Positions 1 through 11,309 are shown, counted from the first letter of the stretch. The stretch is 64,000 nt of DNA from the human T2T-CHM13v2.0 reference genome, Homo sapiens (GCF_009914755.1 NC_060948.1), one strand, 5' to 3'. Notes: generated from the letters alone by a model not told the origin. Made by a program: numbers and translations.

Positions 1-177
1 AATTGGGCCGCACCATGGATGCCTTGCTTCCATCTCCTGGCGCACAGCATGGTTCCTGGATATGTTTTGTTTAAACCGCACGTTCTTTTGAAATTTGACC
101 TGGTTGTCAACATTTAAAACTTGGGAGATTCCACCACAAATTCTGCATTTTAAAGTTCTCTTAAAACATGAGGAGCC

Positions 178-546
<369 letters not shown>

Positions 547-1617
547 TTACATGCAAAGCACCCAGCCTGCAAGCAGACAGTTTCCCTCCCTGGCGTGGGC
601 TGAGCCCCCGAAAACACTGGAGTTTCTGACCTCTGTCATGGGGAATATGGGGCTTTCTTCAACAAATTCCTCTTTACGATGGTGACTTATGCCTGACCCA
701 CCCTTCTCTTGGGGTGTCCTTCTTTGAGGGGCTGAGGCAGGTGGGGCCTGCTGGCTCCAGCATGTTCCTTACCTCCCATGAAGTACCATGTACATGGTGC
801 AGTCTAGGCTATGAAGTCCACTAGGCTACCCCACCATTACCCTTGGTTCCCATGACGGGGGTGCCAGAGTGGCCCAGGGGCAGCAGGGCTATGGGAGACA
901 GAGGGAGGGCCTGCCACAGCCTCCTCTCCTGTGACCACCTGGCGGCTCAGCTGACAGGAGAGTCACAGCTGCTCAGGTCACCCTGGTCACTGGAGCATGC
1001 TGGGTGGGAGAACCACTCCCTGCAAGAGCGAAAAGCTGAGAACACTGCCAACCGTGCTGGCACCCCTGAGCCAGCCCGCCGCTGCAGAGAGCCCTCTACA
1101 AAGAGCCCGCTCTGTGCTGATGGAGGCTGGAACCTGGGGAAATCTGGCTCAGGGCTGCTTGCTGGGGCTCAGGGTGGGGTGGGGCTGTGGCCCTCCACAA
1201 CCCTGCCCTGGGATGACCGTGGGTGAAACAGAACCCTGACTTGCAGGCCCCAGTCTGAGGTGGAGGGAGGGGGCCCAGACCAACCTCACCCGAATGTTAG
1301 GATAACAGGAATTTCCTGCCAGGATGAGGCTGGCACTGGTTTCGGTTCTGTCCTGAGTGGAGGGGGAGGTCAGTAGTGGACTCTCCAATCAGTGGGGCCT
1401 TCACGGGCTCTGGTCGGAAGTTCCCACATGCCCCCATCAGGAGGTCTGACTCTGGCCACCTCCTGCCTCGCCTGAGCCTGTCCTGCTCATTGCCCTCCCC
1501 TTCTAAGCCTGTCCGAACACCCCTACCTTGGGGACCCCTCCTGTGTCTTCCTTCTCCAGGAAGCCCCTCTGATCCTCCCCCTCAGAGCTCTAGCCCTCCT
1601 CCAAGCTCCATCCCTGC

Positions 1618-4600
1618 CCTATCCCAGCCTTCCTATACAGCCCCACAAGTCAAAAAATCGTGACTAAAATAAAATATCTCCCTGACAAAAAACTAAAAAA
1701 AAAAGACACTGAAGTCCCAATTAAGACTAAAAAAATTAAAAAAAAATAAAGTATCCTTTTTAAAAGTGGCCACTGTAAAGCCTCCAAAACCCATTCCATT
1801 AACTTAAAAAACAAAAAAAACCTATATACGTAAATCAGTGGCCACTACCAAAACACAAACTAAAAACTTTACACTTACTAACAAAAAAATTTAAAAAAAA
1901 AAATTGAGCCTTCATTTTCGCCTTAAAATTCTCCTATGTTTATAATTCAAAAAAAAAAAAAAAATCCGACAAATGACACATACTAACCAACTTAAAAGCA
2001 TTAATGCCGTAATTCAACCCATGGAGAGTCTCCAACCTGAGTTGCCCTCTCCGGCCATAATCCCCCAAAATTGGCCTTTAATTATAATTAATCTAAAAGA
2101 TTACATTTTTACCATTCTTCTGACAAAACAAAATTTAAAAACATTTACTTTCACTATACCAGCCATAAATAATAAAAAACCAGCCACCAGGTTTCAGTAA
2201 AAAGTGTTACCTCAAAAAATACTTAATAGTTCAACTATTTGTCAAACTTTTTTGTAACTCAAACTCTTCAACCAGTTAAACACAAGTTTTCAAACTGTTA
2301 TTCATTATATTAATACTATTTTGTATACTACAAAAACAAAAAACAAATTAACTATTACACATTTCTACAAGCAAAGGTTACCAACATAAGACTGACAATA
2401 ATATCTAATAAAATTCAAACCTCTAATCCTTTCCATTACTTAAAAATGTAAGTTAAAAAACCACAAAAAATAAAAATTAAACATTAAAAACATTAAATAA
2501 CTTTCAAAAATTACTAAAAATTATTAAACTCAGCCAACTCTAGACATCCCTACTTATGCCATGTCAAATTTGTTCTCTATCTTAAAAAAAATCCAAAATT
2601 AAATAATGAACATTAACTCCAAAGACAACTAAAAAAATTAATTTAAAAAAGTTCAGTCAACCCAAATAAATAAAATGAATCACTTAGCCCCACTCCAACT
2701 TTTAATTTTTACTACTACACATTCTCCAACAGACATTATTGTTCAAAATACAAATCTTATGAAGTGGTCCTTCCTTCCTTACAGCACAATTAAGACTTTT
2801 ACATTGTACTTAAATCAAATGACTACATTAATTAGACAAAACTACAAATAATAAAATTATATAAAAATAACCCAAATAAAATCATTGTTCCTTTAAACAA
2901 AAAACAAATTAAACAAGACTTTATCAATTCTGGTATACAACAAATTGGTCTTACTAATTTTATAAAAAATTATTGACAATCATTACCCAAAAACAAAAAT
3001 CTTCCAGTTTTTAAAATTGACTACTTAAATTTTACCTAAAATTACCAAACATAAACCTTTAAAAAATACTCTAATGGTGTTTACTAATAGTTCCAACAAT
3101 AAAAAAATGACTTACACCAGACCAAGAAAACAAGTCATTAAAACTCAATGTCACTTAACTCAAAAAACAAAATTGGCTACTGTCATTACAATATTACAAA
3201 ATTTTAATCAGCCTATTAACATTGTATCAAATTCTACATATATAACACAAACTACAAAAAAGTTAAAACAGCCCTAATCAAATATCGAATATAATCAGTT
3301 AAACCAACTATTTAATTTGTTACAACAAACAGTAAAAAAAAAAATTTCCCATTTTATATTACTCATATTCAAGCACACACTAATTTACCAAGGCCTTTAA
3401 CTAAAAAAAACAAACTAATTTACTAGTATCATCTACATTCATAAAAACACAAAAACTTCATGCCTTAACTCATATAAATACAACAAAACTAAAAAATAAA
3501 TTTAATATCACATAAAAACAAAAAATATTGTACAACATTACACCCAGTGTCAAATTCTACACCTGCCCACTCAAAAAACAAAAGTTAATCCCAAAAGTCT
3601 ATGTCCTAATACGTTATGACAAATAAATATCACACATGTACCTTCATTTGAAAAATTGTCATTTGTCCATACAACAGTTAATACTTATTCACATTTTATA
3701 TAAACAACCTACCAAACAAAAGTACTTCCCATATTAAAAAAACATTTATTATCTTGTTTTACTGTCATAAAGTTCCAAAAAATTAAATAATAGGACAAAA
3801 TAGTGTAATAAAACATTTCAAAAATTCTTAAATCAATAAAAAATTACACATACACAAAAATCCCCTATAATTCCCAAACACAAACCATAATTTAAAAAAC
3901 TAACACTCAAAACTCAATTAAACAATAAAAAGCAAAACACTCCCCCAATACAACTTAATCTAACACTCTATACTTTAAACTTTTTTAACATATATAAAAA
4001 TCAGACCACTACTTCTACAGAACAACATTTTACTAATAAAAAACCCACATAAAAAAACTAATTTAATTTAAAAAACATAAAAAATAAAAACATTAAAAAA
4101 AGCTTTACTTGTGTTTCACCAAAAAATCAACTTCCTGTTTAAATACCCACTAAACATTTCAAATTCTACAATAAACCCATTAAAAATACAAAAAGCCACC
4201 TCCACAAAAATAAAAACACCACAATCAAGCATCATTAACTCACCAAATAAAATAACAATATCAAAAAAACAGTCGCCATCCACCAAAAAAACAAAGCCAC
4301 CAACTTAAACACAATTAAAAAAACTAACACCGTTAACTAAAAAAAGCCAAAAAAACACAAAAGTGACACAAACTCCAAAAAAATACTGTTTATGACTTTA
4401 ATAATTATATCAACAATAGTAAGTATCCCCATGTCTACAAAAACAACAACTAATTATACTAAGCCTATGTACCTTTCTCACCCTTAATTCAGTCACATAA
4501 ATAAATAATCCTATTAAAACATATATTAATAATACATGGGTACCAGGCCCCACAAATAATCGTTGCCCTGCCCAACCTAAAAATAATAATAATATAAATA

Positions 4601-5085
4601 TTTCTATTAAATATTATTATCCTATTTGCCTAAAAAAGACACCAAAATATTTAATACCTACAACCCAAAATTAGTAAAAGTACCTACTATCAATACCAAT
4701 AAATTTACTTATTACATAGTAAGTAAAATGTCACTCAAACCACAAATAATTTACAAAACTCTTCTTTTCAAAAATCATTAAAATCTAAACCTAAAAAAAT
4801 CCTTGCCCCTAAAAAATCAAAAGATCCAAAAGTCTTAGTTTTAAAAAAATATATAACTAATACTACAATAATACTACAAAACAATAAATTCAAAACTATT
4901 ATAAACTAGGCCCCTCAAAACCAATTATATTGTAATTCTACGGGTCAAACTCACTCATGTTCACAGGCCCCATCCATCTGGCCCATTAATCCAGCCTATA
5001 ATAATAATTTAACTAAAAAACTAAACCAAATTTATAAAAAGTTAAAATCACCCTATCCATAAAAATAAAATTAAAAAAAAAGTTT
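1618..5085 (+). mobile_element. HERV-K(HML-2) internal fragment (end of pro, whole pol, 5' env; type 2 pol-env junction), extremely G-to-A hypermutated and non-coding
   Basis: Collinear with recalled HML-2 sequence once A is read as G. ORF 1973-2200 gives [45 protein letters not shown] (RT). YIDD codons read TAT ATT AAT ACT at 2306-2317. Integrase HHCC region ~3457-3550. env ATG reads ATA at 4171. Only 3 G in 3841-4080. Confidence 0.95.
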
Positions 5086-5090
5086 TTTTT

Positions 5091-5748
5091 TACTATGCGT
5101 AAATGTATGCATAGGCCAGATTTATACTTCTCTCCACCCAAACATTTCAGTGTAGTAAAAAGTAATAGAACAACATTGCCGCCAACATAACTCGCCTCCA
5201 GCCACAGGGCGGTTTTCTCCTATCTCAAAATAAAACGAATGTACAATCGGGTTTTACACGGAGACACTCCATTCCCAGAGGCATACAAGAGATGGAGGCC
5301 TTCCTCTTACTAATCCTCCTCAATACAGACCCTTTATGGGTGTCGGACTGGAAGACGGTCAGGTCTTTCCTTTCCCATAAGGCCATATCTCAGACCATCT
5401 CAGTGGGGAAAAACCTTGGACAATACCTAGACTTTCTTGGGCAGAGGTCCCTGAAGCTTTCCGCAGTGTATTGTGCCCCTGGTTAATCAAAAATGAAAAA
5501 TGACAATAATTTTTACCAAAAATACTGCCTGTAAACATATTATTAACAAGACACATTCTACACAGCCCTAGATCCCTTAAACCTTAATTCTATACAACAC
5601 GTGTTTCTGTAAACACAGGGTTGAAACTAAAGTTACAAATGAACATCTCAAAACAATTATTCAGGGTACAAATAAAAATGAGGTTTCTTATGTCTTCCTT
5701 TTCTACATAGACACAGTAACAGTCTGATCTCTCTTTCTTTTCCCTACA
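5091..5748 (-). mobile_element. LTR5 (LTR5A/B-type) U3 fragment, opposite orientation to the adjacent pol/env
   Basis: Minus strand begins TGTAGGGAAAAGAAAGAGAGATCAGACTGTTACTGTGTCTATGTAGAAAAGGAAGACATAAG at 5748 and contains the GGGAAAGGAAAGACCTGACCGTC core; truncated after ~660 bp. Confidence 0.92.
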
Positions 5749-6316
5749 GACACCAGGCTTCCCTTCCCCTGGAGCAGCCAGACCTTCTGTGGTATCTTGA
5801 GCAAGCCCCTGGTCCTGTCTGGGCCTCTGCAGACTCAAGGTCTGGTGCCTGACTTACACCCTGTTATCATATCCTGCCATCTGGCCCCATATGGAGTCCT
5901 ACAGGGGACTCTCAGACCCAGGCGTGACCACTGGCTCAGGCCCCTCTCAGAGGTCTGGCGGCCCAGCATCTGCCCACGGGCCTCCTCTCCCCCTCCTTTT
6001 CTCCAGGCTCCTGTCTCTGCCACAGTTCCCTGGAGGTGACCTCTAGCCCGGCCCAGGGGCTCACACACTCCTGAGGGAGGCAGGGCCAGACTCAGGCAAG
6101 GCCTTGGAGGACACATCCCAGTGGGCAGGGCCCAGCACTCTTGGGGTGGAACTACAGGGAGGAGAGGCAGGGCAATTGAGGCTTGAGGTGCCTGGCCTCA
6201 CCCAATGTGGCCAGCCTGCTCCTTTTCCTCAGTCTCAGATGGAGCAGAGGATGGAGGTGGGGAAGAGAGGCCAGGGAGACAGTAGGGCTTGGTTATGGAT
6301 GATGGGGGTCCTTGTG

Positions 6317-6700
6317 TGATATAATTAGGCTTTGTGTCTCCACCCAAATCTCATCTTGAATTATCCCCATTTTCCCCACCTGTCAAGGGAGAGACCAGGT
6401 GGAGGTAATGGAGGTAGTTGGTGGATCATGGGAATGGTTTCCCCCATGCTGTTCTCATGACAGTGAGTGAGTTCTCATGAGATCTGATGGTTTTATAAGG
6501 GGCTCTTCCTACTTGTTCAGCACTTCTTCTTTCTGCCACCTCGTGAAGTTTCCTTGCTTCCCCTTCACCTTCCGTTGTGATTGTAAGTTTCCTGACACCT
6601 CCTCAGACATGCTGAACTGTGAGTCAATTAAACCTTTTTCTTTTACAAGCTATCCAGTCTCGTGCAGTTCTTTATAGCAGTATGAAAACAGACTAATACA
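6317..6700 (+). mobile_element. MaLR solo LTR (THE1D/MSTA type)
   Basis: TGATATAATTAGGCTTTGTGTCTCCACCCAAATCTCATCTTGAATT ... GACTAATACA; TSD TTGTG/TTGTC. Confidence 0.85.
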
Positions 6701-6749
6701 TTGTCCCTGCTGAGGGCTGCCCGGCTGGGCTCTCCCTGCTTTGGCACCT

Positions 6750-7940
6750 GGGTTGCCAGTAGCACATTATTTGGTCTAACAGTTTTTGTTTATCATTATG
6801 AAACTGAGCTTATCTAATACATTGATAAATTATTTCAAAGGTATTTTTATAGTTCAAATAGCTTCACTTTTACCCTGACACGTATAAATGACTAGTAATG
6901 ACCTTCAGATAGCGTTTAGCATCTGTAACCAATCTGACAATAATGTGTTCATCAGGTACCTATGGATTAAATCACATACTGGCATATTTAAACTGAATGT
7001 AAGTCTGAAAAATAAATGTACTATATTAACTCAAATACCACTCTTTGTATAGGTATTTTGTCATATGTTTAAGAAAAAGCTAAAAAGAATGGAAATCCTA
7101 TGACAATAACTTAAGTCTTTCTTCAAAGTGCATACAGTGTTTTGCAATACCTCATTCAGCCAAATATTTGTTCTCTTATTCAGTATAAGGCAGCTTTCAA
7201 TTTGCTTGGAAGGCAACATTAGAAGGTTAGAGTTCAGCAGGAACATAGAATTTTAAAATGTGACTTCAACTGAATGAATTTCTCTAGGGAGTAAAGAATC
7301 AAAATACCTACTTAAAGACTGCAATATGTGATAATTATTTTTAAAGTAATTGATTAAACCTGGTAGGTTTTCCCGAAATGAAAAAAAAAAACAGTTCTAA
7401 AACCAAAGCTGATTTTTAGAAAATGTGAAAATGTAAGTCAACTCTATCCAAAATAGATTCTCTAAAACTTTGTCTTACAGTCACTTTCAAATAACTATTC
7501 AAAAATGTAACTGCTATACTAACATCTTAAAATAATTCAAAACATTTTAAAATATGAATGCTCTAGTTTAAAACAAAGAATCTAGGGGAAGGAAAAGTAG
7601 ACAAAGAAATGCCAATTCCAGTCCAAAGCTGTGTTTGCCAAGTTTTCTTAGAATGACTTTTACTGATTTATGAATTCTTACAAACAGAATGTATAATGGA
7701 AATACTGATTTTTGTCTAAAGTGGTATTATTGACTGCTTCTGTGAAGCTACTGTAATGTAATACATTATTAAATTGTTTCAAGGTGCTGTTTTGCCTAAA
7801 AATTTTGTGTGTCTTGAAAACTATAGTATTAAAGGTATTGAGACTGTGCAAATGCTGGGCACGCTTGGCATGAGATAATCAGTTTTTATTCTTACAAAAT
7901 TGTAACTATGTAAGTGTGTTTATTAAAATAACACAAACTA
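6750..7940 (+). pseudogene. ITSN2-3'UTR-derived segment of the GOLGA core duplicon (distal GOLGA6/8 3' UTR)
   Basis: AT-rich UTR-like sequence recognised as the GOLGA6/8 3' UTR; ends in ATTAAA (7922) followed by an A-rich tail; ITSN2 origin is from established knowledge of the chr15 core. Confidence 0.6.
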
Positions 7941-8128
7941 AAAAAGTTACAGGAATTAAAGTTGTGGGATGAAAAAGTTACGGGATAAAAAATACTGTGG
8001 AAAAGTGGCAAAAAAAGTTGTGGAAAAAAAGTAAAAAAAAGTTTTATGAAAAATTTTTTTAAAAAGTTATGAAAAAGAAGTTACAGGATTTAAAAAAAGT
8101 CATGGTATAAAAATAAAAATAAATAAAA
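7940..8128 (+). repeat. Degenerate A-rich tandem array (AAAAAAGTTACAGGA-like units), probable decayed poly(A) tail
   Basis: Recurring aaaaaagttac / aaaaagttgtgg / aaaaagttat units between ATTAAA and resumption of the GOLGA2-like UTR. Confidence 0.7.
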
Positions 8129-8770
8129 GCAGGCCCCTGTCAGCATAAGCCTGGAGAAGTGGGTCTGGAGTCTTCACCCCCACCATGTCCCTACAACACC
8201 TCCCCAGTCACCCCTTTACCATTAGGGTAGCAAGACAAGACCCTGGTCTAATGCAGGGAGACAAACAGACCCTTACCACCTTGACCAAGGCTGAGTCCTT
8301 ACATTTCTGGATGATGATGTTTGTTATTTAAGAGCCAGAGGTTGGAGGAGTTGGTTTGTTTGGAGGAGGTCTGATGGCCTCCTTACTCTCACCAAAGCAA
8401 CTTTTCCCTCGGGGGGCTCCCATCTTCTTACTCAGAGAGGCAGCTGAGGCGGGACAGTGGAGATAACTGTAGATGAGGTGAGGGCACAGGCTGCTGGGGG
8501 TGGCCCCCCTTCCCCCGTGTACATACTGTAGCTGTGTAACATTCCGTATCGTACCTAGTGGAGGTTGCAGCTGGCATATGAGGAAGAGGTTCTTATAATT
8601 ATTCACGGCTGGGAAACTTATTTATTGCTAGCATAGGAGCGAGGAAGGAGGCGGGGATGGGGTCATGGCTCCCTGGTGATGGGACTCCTGTTTTTTGTTT
8701 GTTGTTGTTATTGTTGTTGTTGTTGTTGTTTTGCTTTTGATTTTGGAATAAATGTATTTAGCCATACTGC
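8125..8770 (+). pseudogene. GOLGA2-like 3' UTR remnant
   Basis: AAAAGCAGGCCCCTGTCAGCATAAGCCTGGAGAAGTGGG resembles the start of the GOLGA2 3' UTR; AATAAA ~8748; lies tail-to-tail with the DNM1 3' end, as GOLGA2/DNM1 do at 9q34. Confidence 0.7.
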
Positions 8771-9179
8771 TCAGCCTGTTATGTTCCCATTTCCCTGACT
8801 GGGTCCTGTAGTTTGTCCCACTGAACGAGGAGCCCCAGAGTGTCTCAGCATGTCCAGCTGGGCTGTGGGGAATCTTCCAGGCCTGTTACCTGTATGCTGC
8901 CTGGTGACACCTGGTGGATTTCATGGGGACTGCCATGGTGCCTATGGAGTACAGTCCAGCCCTGACAGACAACAGGTTGAGAAGCCTGATCTAGCTGTGG
9001 CCAGGAAGACAGATACCAGCACCCAAGGGCACTGACTTCCCTCCACCCCAGGTGTCTTCCGTTCTGTCCCCCTGCCTCCCGTTCCTGTCTGCACCAGGTG
9101 GCCTGTCTGTCCCTCCAGAGTGCTGGCTGCCCCGCAGGCTCCCTCCAGGCTGAGTTCAGGGCCCTGTGCCCTAGTGGCC

Positions 9180-9642
9180 AGAGCCGGCTTCACAGGATAA
9201 GAGCCAGCTAAGCTGCGGGGACTTTCCAGGAAAAGTGTCCCTTGAAAAGGGTGTGACCTTTTCACTGCTCCCAACAACACCCTAAAAATGGCTTGGCCTT
9301 TTCCATCCCCTGAGCTCCATAGAGAACACAGCCAGCAGAGGACACATTCTCTGTAATCCAGAAATGGGTTTCTCAGCCGAGGGACAGCAGGACTGGTAGA
9401 CACTGTCAGGCCACACAGCTGCCTGCACAGTGCAGCCATGCTTGGCTAGAAGGGCGGGAGGGATGGCAGGGGCTGGCTGTCCACAGGCTGCGCATGTCCT
9501 GGAAGCTCACTGGAGGTGGTGTACTTTGGAGGGGCGATGTCAGGAGACAGCTTTCTCTTGCTGGTCTACAAGACTCCACAAGCACAGCACGGGGACTGAT
9601 TCCCAGTTCTAGAGGCGAGGCAGTTGGCCACGTATATATATG

Positions 9643-9691
<49 letters not shown>

Positions 9692-10200
9692 ATTTATAGC
9701 TATTTATAGAACTGGGCAGGGGCATACCACAGAGGGGGCACAAGTTTTCAGCAATGGTCACACCTGGATGTGTCAGCTCACCACTACAACAGACTAAGTC
9801 ACAGATGAAGGGGGCTGGCTTTGGGGCTGGGGGAGCCACTGTCAAGTCACAGGACACCCACCCAGGCAGGCTTGGAAAGGGAGGTCTCTGAGAAGAGGAG
9901 AAATCTGTTTAGAGGTCGAAGTGGGGCCTGGAGCTCTCAGGATGGGATGGACTTGCCTGACCTGATCAGCTGGCAGTTGGAGAGAAAGCAGAGAGAAAAC
10001 GGGTTAGAGAAAAGTCAGAGCTGGTGAGGCGAGTGCAGAGTATGGGTGCGCTGCAGAAGCTGTGGGAGGGCCGGGGAGGGGAGGGCGTAGCTGTGGGCAT
10101 GGCAAGGTTCCTGGAAAAGAGGGGCTGGAAGGGAAAGGGGAGGAAGATGGAGGGAGAAGCCAAAGCTTCATAGGTAGTGCCTGGGGACTGCGGCGGCCCT
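9180..10200 (-). pseudogene. DNM1P: Dynamin-1 pseudogene fragment: last intron, last exon, 3' UTR and 3' flank
   Basis: Minus strand: polypyrimidine tract, CAACTGCCAG acceptor, then (C)TGA TCA GGT CAG GCA AGT CCA TCC CAT CCT GAG AGC TCC AGG CCC CAC TTC GAC CTC TAA, matching the DNM1 C-terminus RSGQASPSRPESPRPPFDL* with R->stop. Confidence 0.9.
9648..9690. repeat. (TG)n(AG)n microsatellite
   Basis: Direct. Confidence 0.95.
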
Positions 10201-10223
10201 CCGCACCCCACACACGCTAGCCT

Positions 10224-10640
10224 CTCTCATGGCACCCAGGCAATCCACCCTTCCACCCACAGTTCAGACCAATGCCAGCTCCCTCAGGCTTCCCTCTTCT
10301 CTGGTGACCATGTCTTCCAACCCACTGGCCCAGGGCCACCTCTTGCTTGGAGAGCCCTATCCAACAGCCACCAGACCTGATAGAGAAGGAACACTGCCTG
10401 AACCAAAATGGTGGAGCTATAAGGGATGGCTGGCTGGAGTGGTCGCCAGAGGCCCCTCTGGGCCATCAGAAAACCCAGGGTCCTCTGAGGGACCCTGGGG
10501 AAGGCATGGAGGGCAGGTAGCCAGATGGCACTGGCCATAGACATATAAGTCTAAAAGGGGAGCCTCAACTGGTTGACGGGGGGCTGCAGGTTGCATAGGT
10601 GAGGCTGGGCCTTTCCTGCTGGGAAAAGCAGAAGAGGGAG
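10224..10640 (+). repeat. Duplicated block, direct paralog of 46953-47358
   Basis: GCACCCAGGCA..TCCACCCACAGTTCAGACCAATGC ... CTGGGAAAAGCAGAAGAGG in both places. Confidence 0.92.
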
Positions 10641-10773
10641 GCTAACTTTTGTGTTGTTTAGTAGAGAGTGGGTTTCACCAGGTTGGCCAAGCTGGTCTCA
10701 AACTCCTGACCTCAAATGACCCATCTCTGCCTCCCAAAGTTCTGGGATTACAGGCCTGAGCCACCGCGCCCGG
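10641..10773 (-). mobile_element. Alu left monomer, truncated by deletion junction
   Basis: GCTAACTTTTGTG...CCACCGCGCCCGG; paralog 51698-51830. Confidence 0.85.
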
Positions 10774-11098
10774 ATCCGAGGCCCTTAAGCTTAAACACCT
10801 CGTTCTTCAGTCAGGTTTTCCTTGTTCCCGCGTGTTCAGCCAATCCTGTTTAAGGAGAAACTAACAATGAAAATGGACTCGTTGGTGGAGGAGAAGTTGG
10901 AATGCAGCCTCTGGTGCTGTTTGAGCGATCCCTCTTCCCTGGTCGCTGCTGTGTTCTGGAAAGGCGCATTGTACCCTGGATGCGGCAGGTAAGAGTCCTG
11001 TCCAGGTGCTCTGCCCGCTTTCCTTTCAGGCTTCTGTATCAGCTTTTGTGGGCTCTGGGTTAGCTACGTGGTTGTTGTAAAATGATTAGCAGGGAAAA

Positions 11099-11142
<44 letters not shown>

Positions 11143-11309
11143 TTTAAGTTTCTTTTCTTGTCAGAGGACTTCGAATTTTATTTTATATGGTAATTCTTTC
11201 AATTTACTTTATTCTCCACCCCACATTTATTGAACAGCAAAGTATGAAAGTAATGTGTCCCATAAGCAGCCTTCAGAAGAATTACAACTGCTGTATATCT
11301 GAAATTCTT

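Noticed and set aside
1973-4308. ORFs 1973-2200, 3074-3277, 4111-4308 as proteins
   Set aside because: Stop-bounded K/N/T-rich remnants of edited pol
1650-5085. G-poor, A/C-rich region as a mitochondrial insertion, satellite or bisulfite-like artefact
   Set aside because: Collinear with HML-2 pro/pol/env motifs; the skew stops at the ERV boundaries and is context dependent
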